Origin: Podarcis filfolensis
Lineage: Eukaryota
NCBI GenBank assembly: GCA_964270895.1
Contig: OZ185439.1
DNA: 64,000 bases
Reading direction: 5' to 3' (one strand)
Translations under genes and position numbers: made by a program
The notes under the pieces: model-generated
What the model saw: only the letters and a program-made list of their open reading frames with translations
What the model was told of the DNA's origin: nothing
Database searches by the model: none
Shown: one piece after another, positions 63,061 to 64,000 of the stretch
How the letters are laid out: each line of letters starts with the position of its first letter
How positions within the stretch are numbered: the first letter of the stretch is position 1

Positions 63061-63302
63061 CAGTGGTACCTTGGGTTACAGACGCTTCAGGTTACAGATG
63101 CTTCAGGTTACAGACTCCGCTAACCCAGAAATAGTACCTTGGGTTAAGAACTTTGCTTCAGGATGAGAACAGAAATCGTGCGGTGGCTGTACGGCGGCAG
63201 TAGGAGGCCCCATTAGCTAAAGTGGTACCTCAGGTTAAGAACAGATTCAGGTTAAGAACGAACCTCCAGAACGAATTAAGTTCTTAACCTGAGGTACCAC
63301 TG
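63061..63302 (+). mobile_element. Tc1/pogo-like MITE, family A
   Basis: TIR cagtggtacc; TA TSD. Confidence 0.9.
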
Positions 63303-64000
63303 TAATCTGGAAGGCAAACGCAAGGCAGGGGATTTTCCACCCACCCCTACACACGCATGCTATCCATGCATTGAATACCTGCACGTATATCATACTGTTA
63401 CTATAGTTTGGCAGATATTTAATTTACAGTTAATATCTATTTATGTTCCAAAGTCCATATTTGGGCAAAATGCATGCTATACTGTACATGTAAACAGCCA
63501 ACACTGGCTATTTCCTTAACCATCACCAGGTTTACTTGACATTTCTGATTTCAGCCAAGTTCATATGTGCAGCCCGTGGGGTAAATGTATCTGTGTGATG
63601 GTAGCTGTGCATAGCAAGGCATGAAATGCTCCTTTGTAGGATGCTGACAGTTTTCAGTGCATGCAGCTATTCTTTCTTGCACTTGAAAGCCAGCCACAGA
63701 AAAAAGCTCTTAAAGTCATCTCTGTTCTTTCCACCTAAACGCAGCAACTAGGTCTTAATTTTGCATTTATACTGTGTGACAGCAGGCACAGCGCTGTGCC
63801 ATCTCCCCTTGGAACATGCCTGTGCTTCAACCACCATAAATGCCACTTTAATACTTTTGAAGCCTTCCGCTGTAAATCTCCATATTAATCTCCGAGATTT
63901 ACAGGAGCCCATTGTCTTGTGAAATGCACAGAATATAATATTTCATAATCCCACAACATAGTAAAGGGCACTAACTCCTAAATGATTATCTGTTAATCTT

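Overview
Vertebrate nuclear DNA, most likely a lacertid lizard (Podarcis/Lacerta/Zootoca type). This is inferred from the repeats: a lacertid-type Sauria SINE, a Squam3-like SINE with a (CTT)n tail, BovB, and squamate L2/CR1 fragments. I recognise no complete protein-coding gene, and no rRNA, true tRNA or CRISPR. The long ORFs in the supplied track come mostly from repeats. The window looks like a large intron or gene desert. It is packed with short TEs (BovB, a second RTE LINE, L2, CR1, an L1-like tail, SINEs, hAT and Tc1/pogo MITEs, solo LTRs), many with readable TSDs and nested in each other, and separated by homeodomain-motif-rich, TE-free islands that may be enhancers. A few short candidate exons are visible but I cannot assign them to a gene. 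The best signal is a minimal type-I hammerhead ribozyme motif with a palindromic helix III (minus strand, 13137-13183). It lies in a ~470-bp Penelope-like/retrozyme-like insert flanked by a perfect 50-bp direct duplication inside a Tc1/mariner MITE. There is also a perfect 69-bp-arm palindrome beside a BovB junction. Family names come from recall of consensus sequences, not from a database search.
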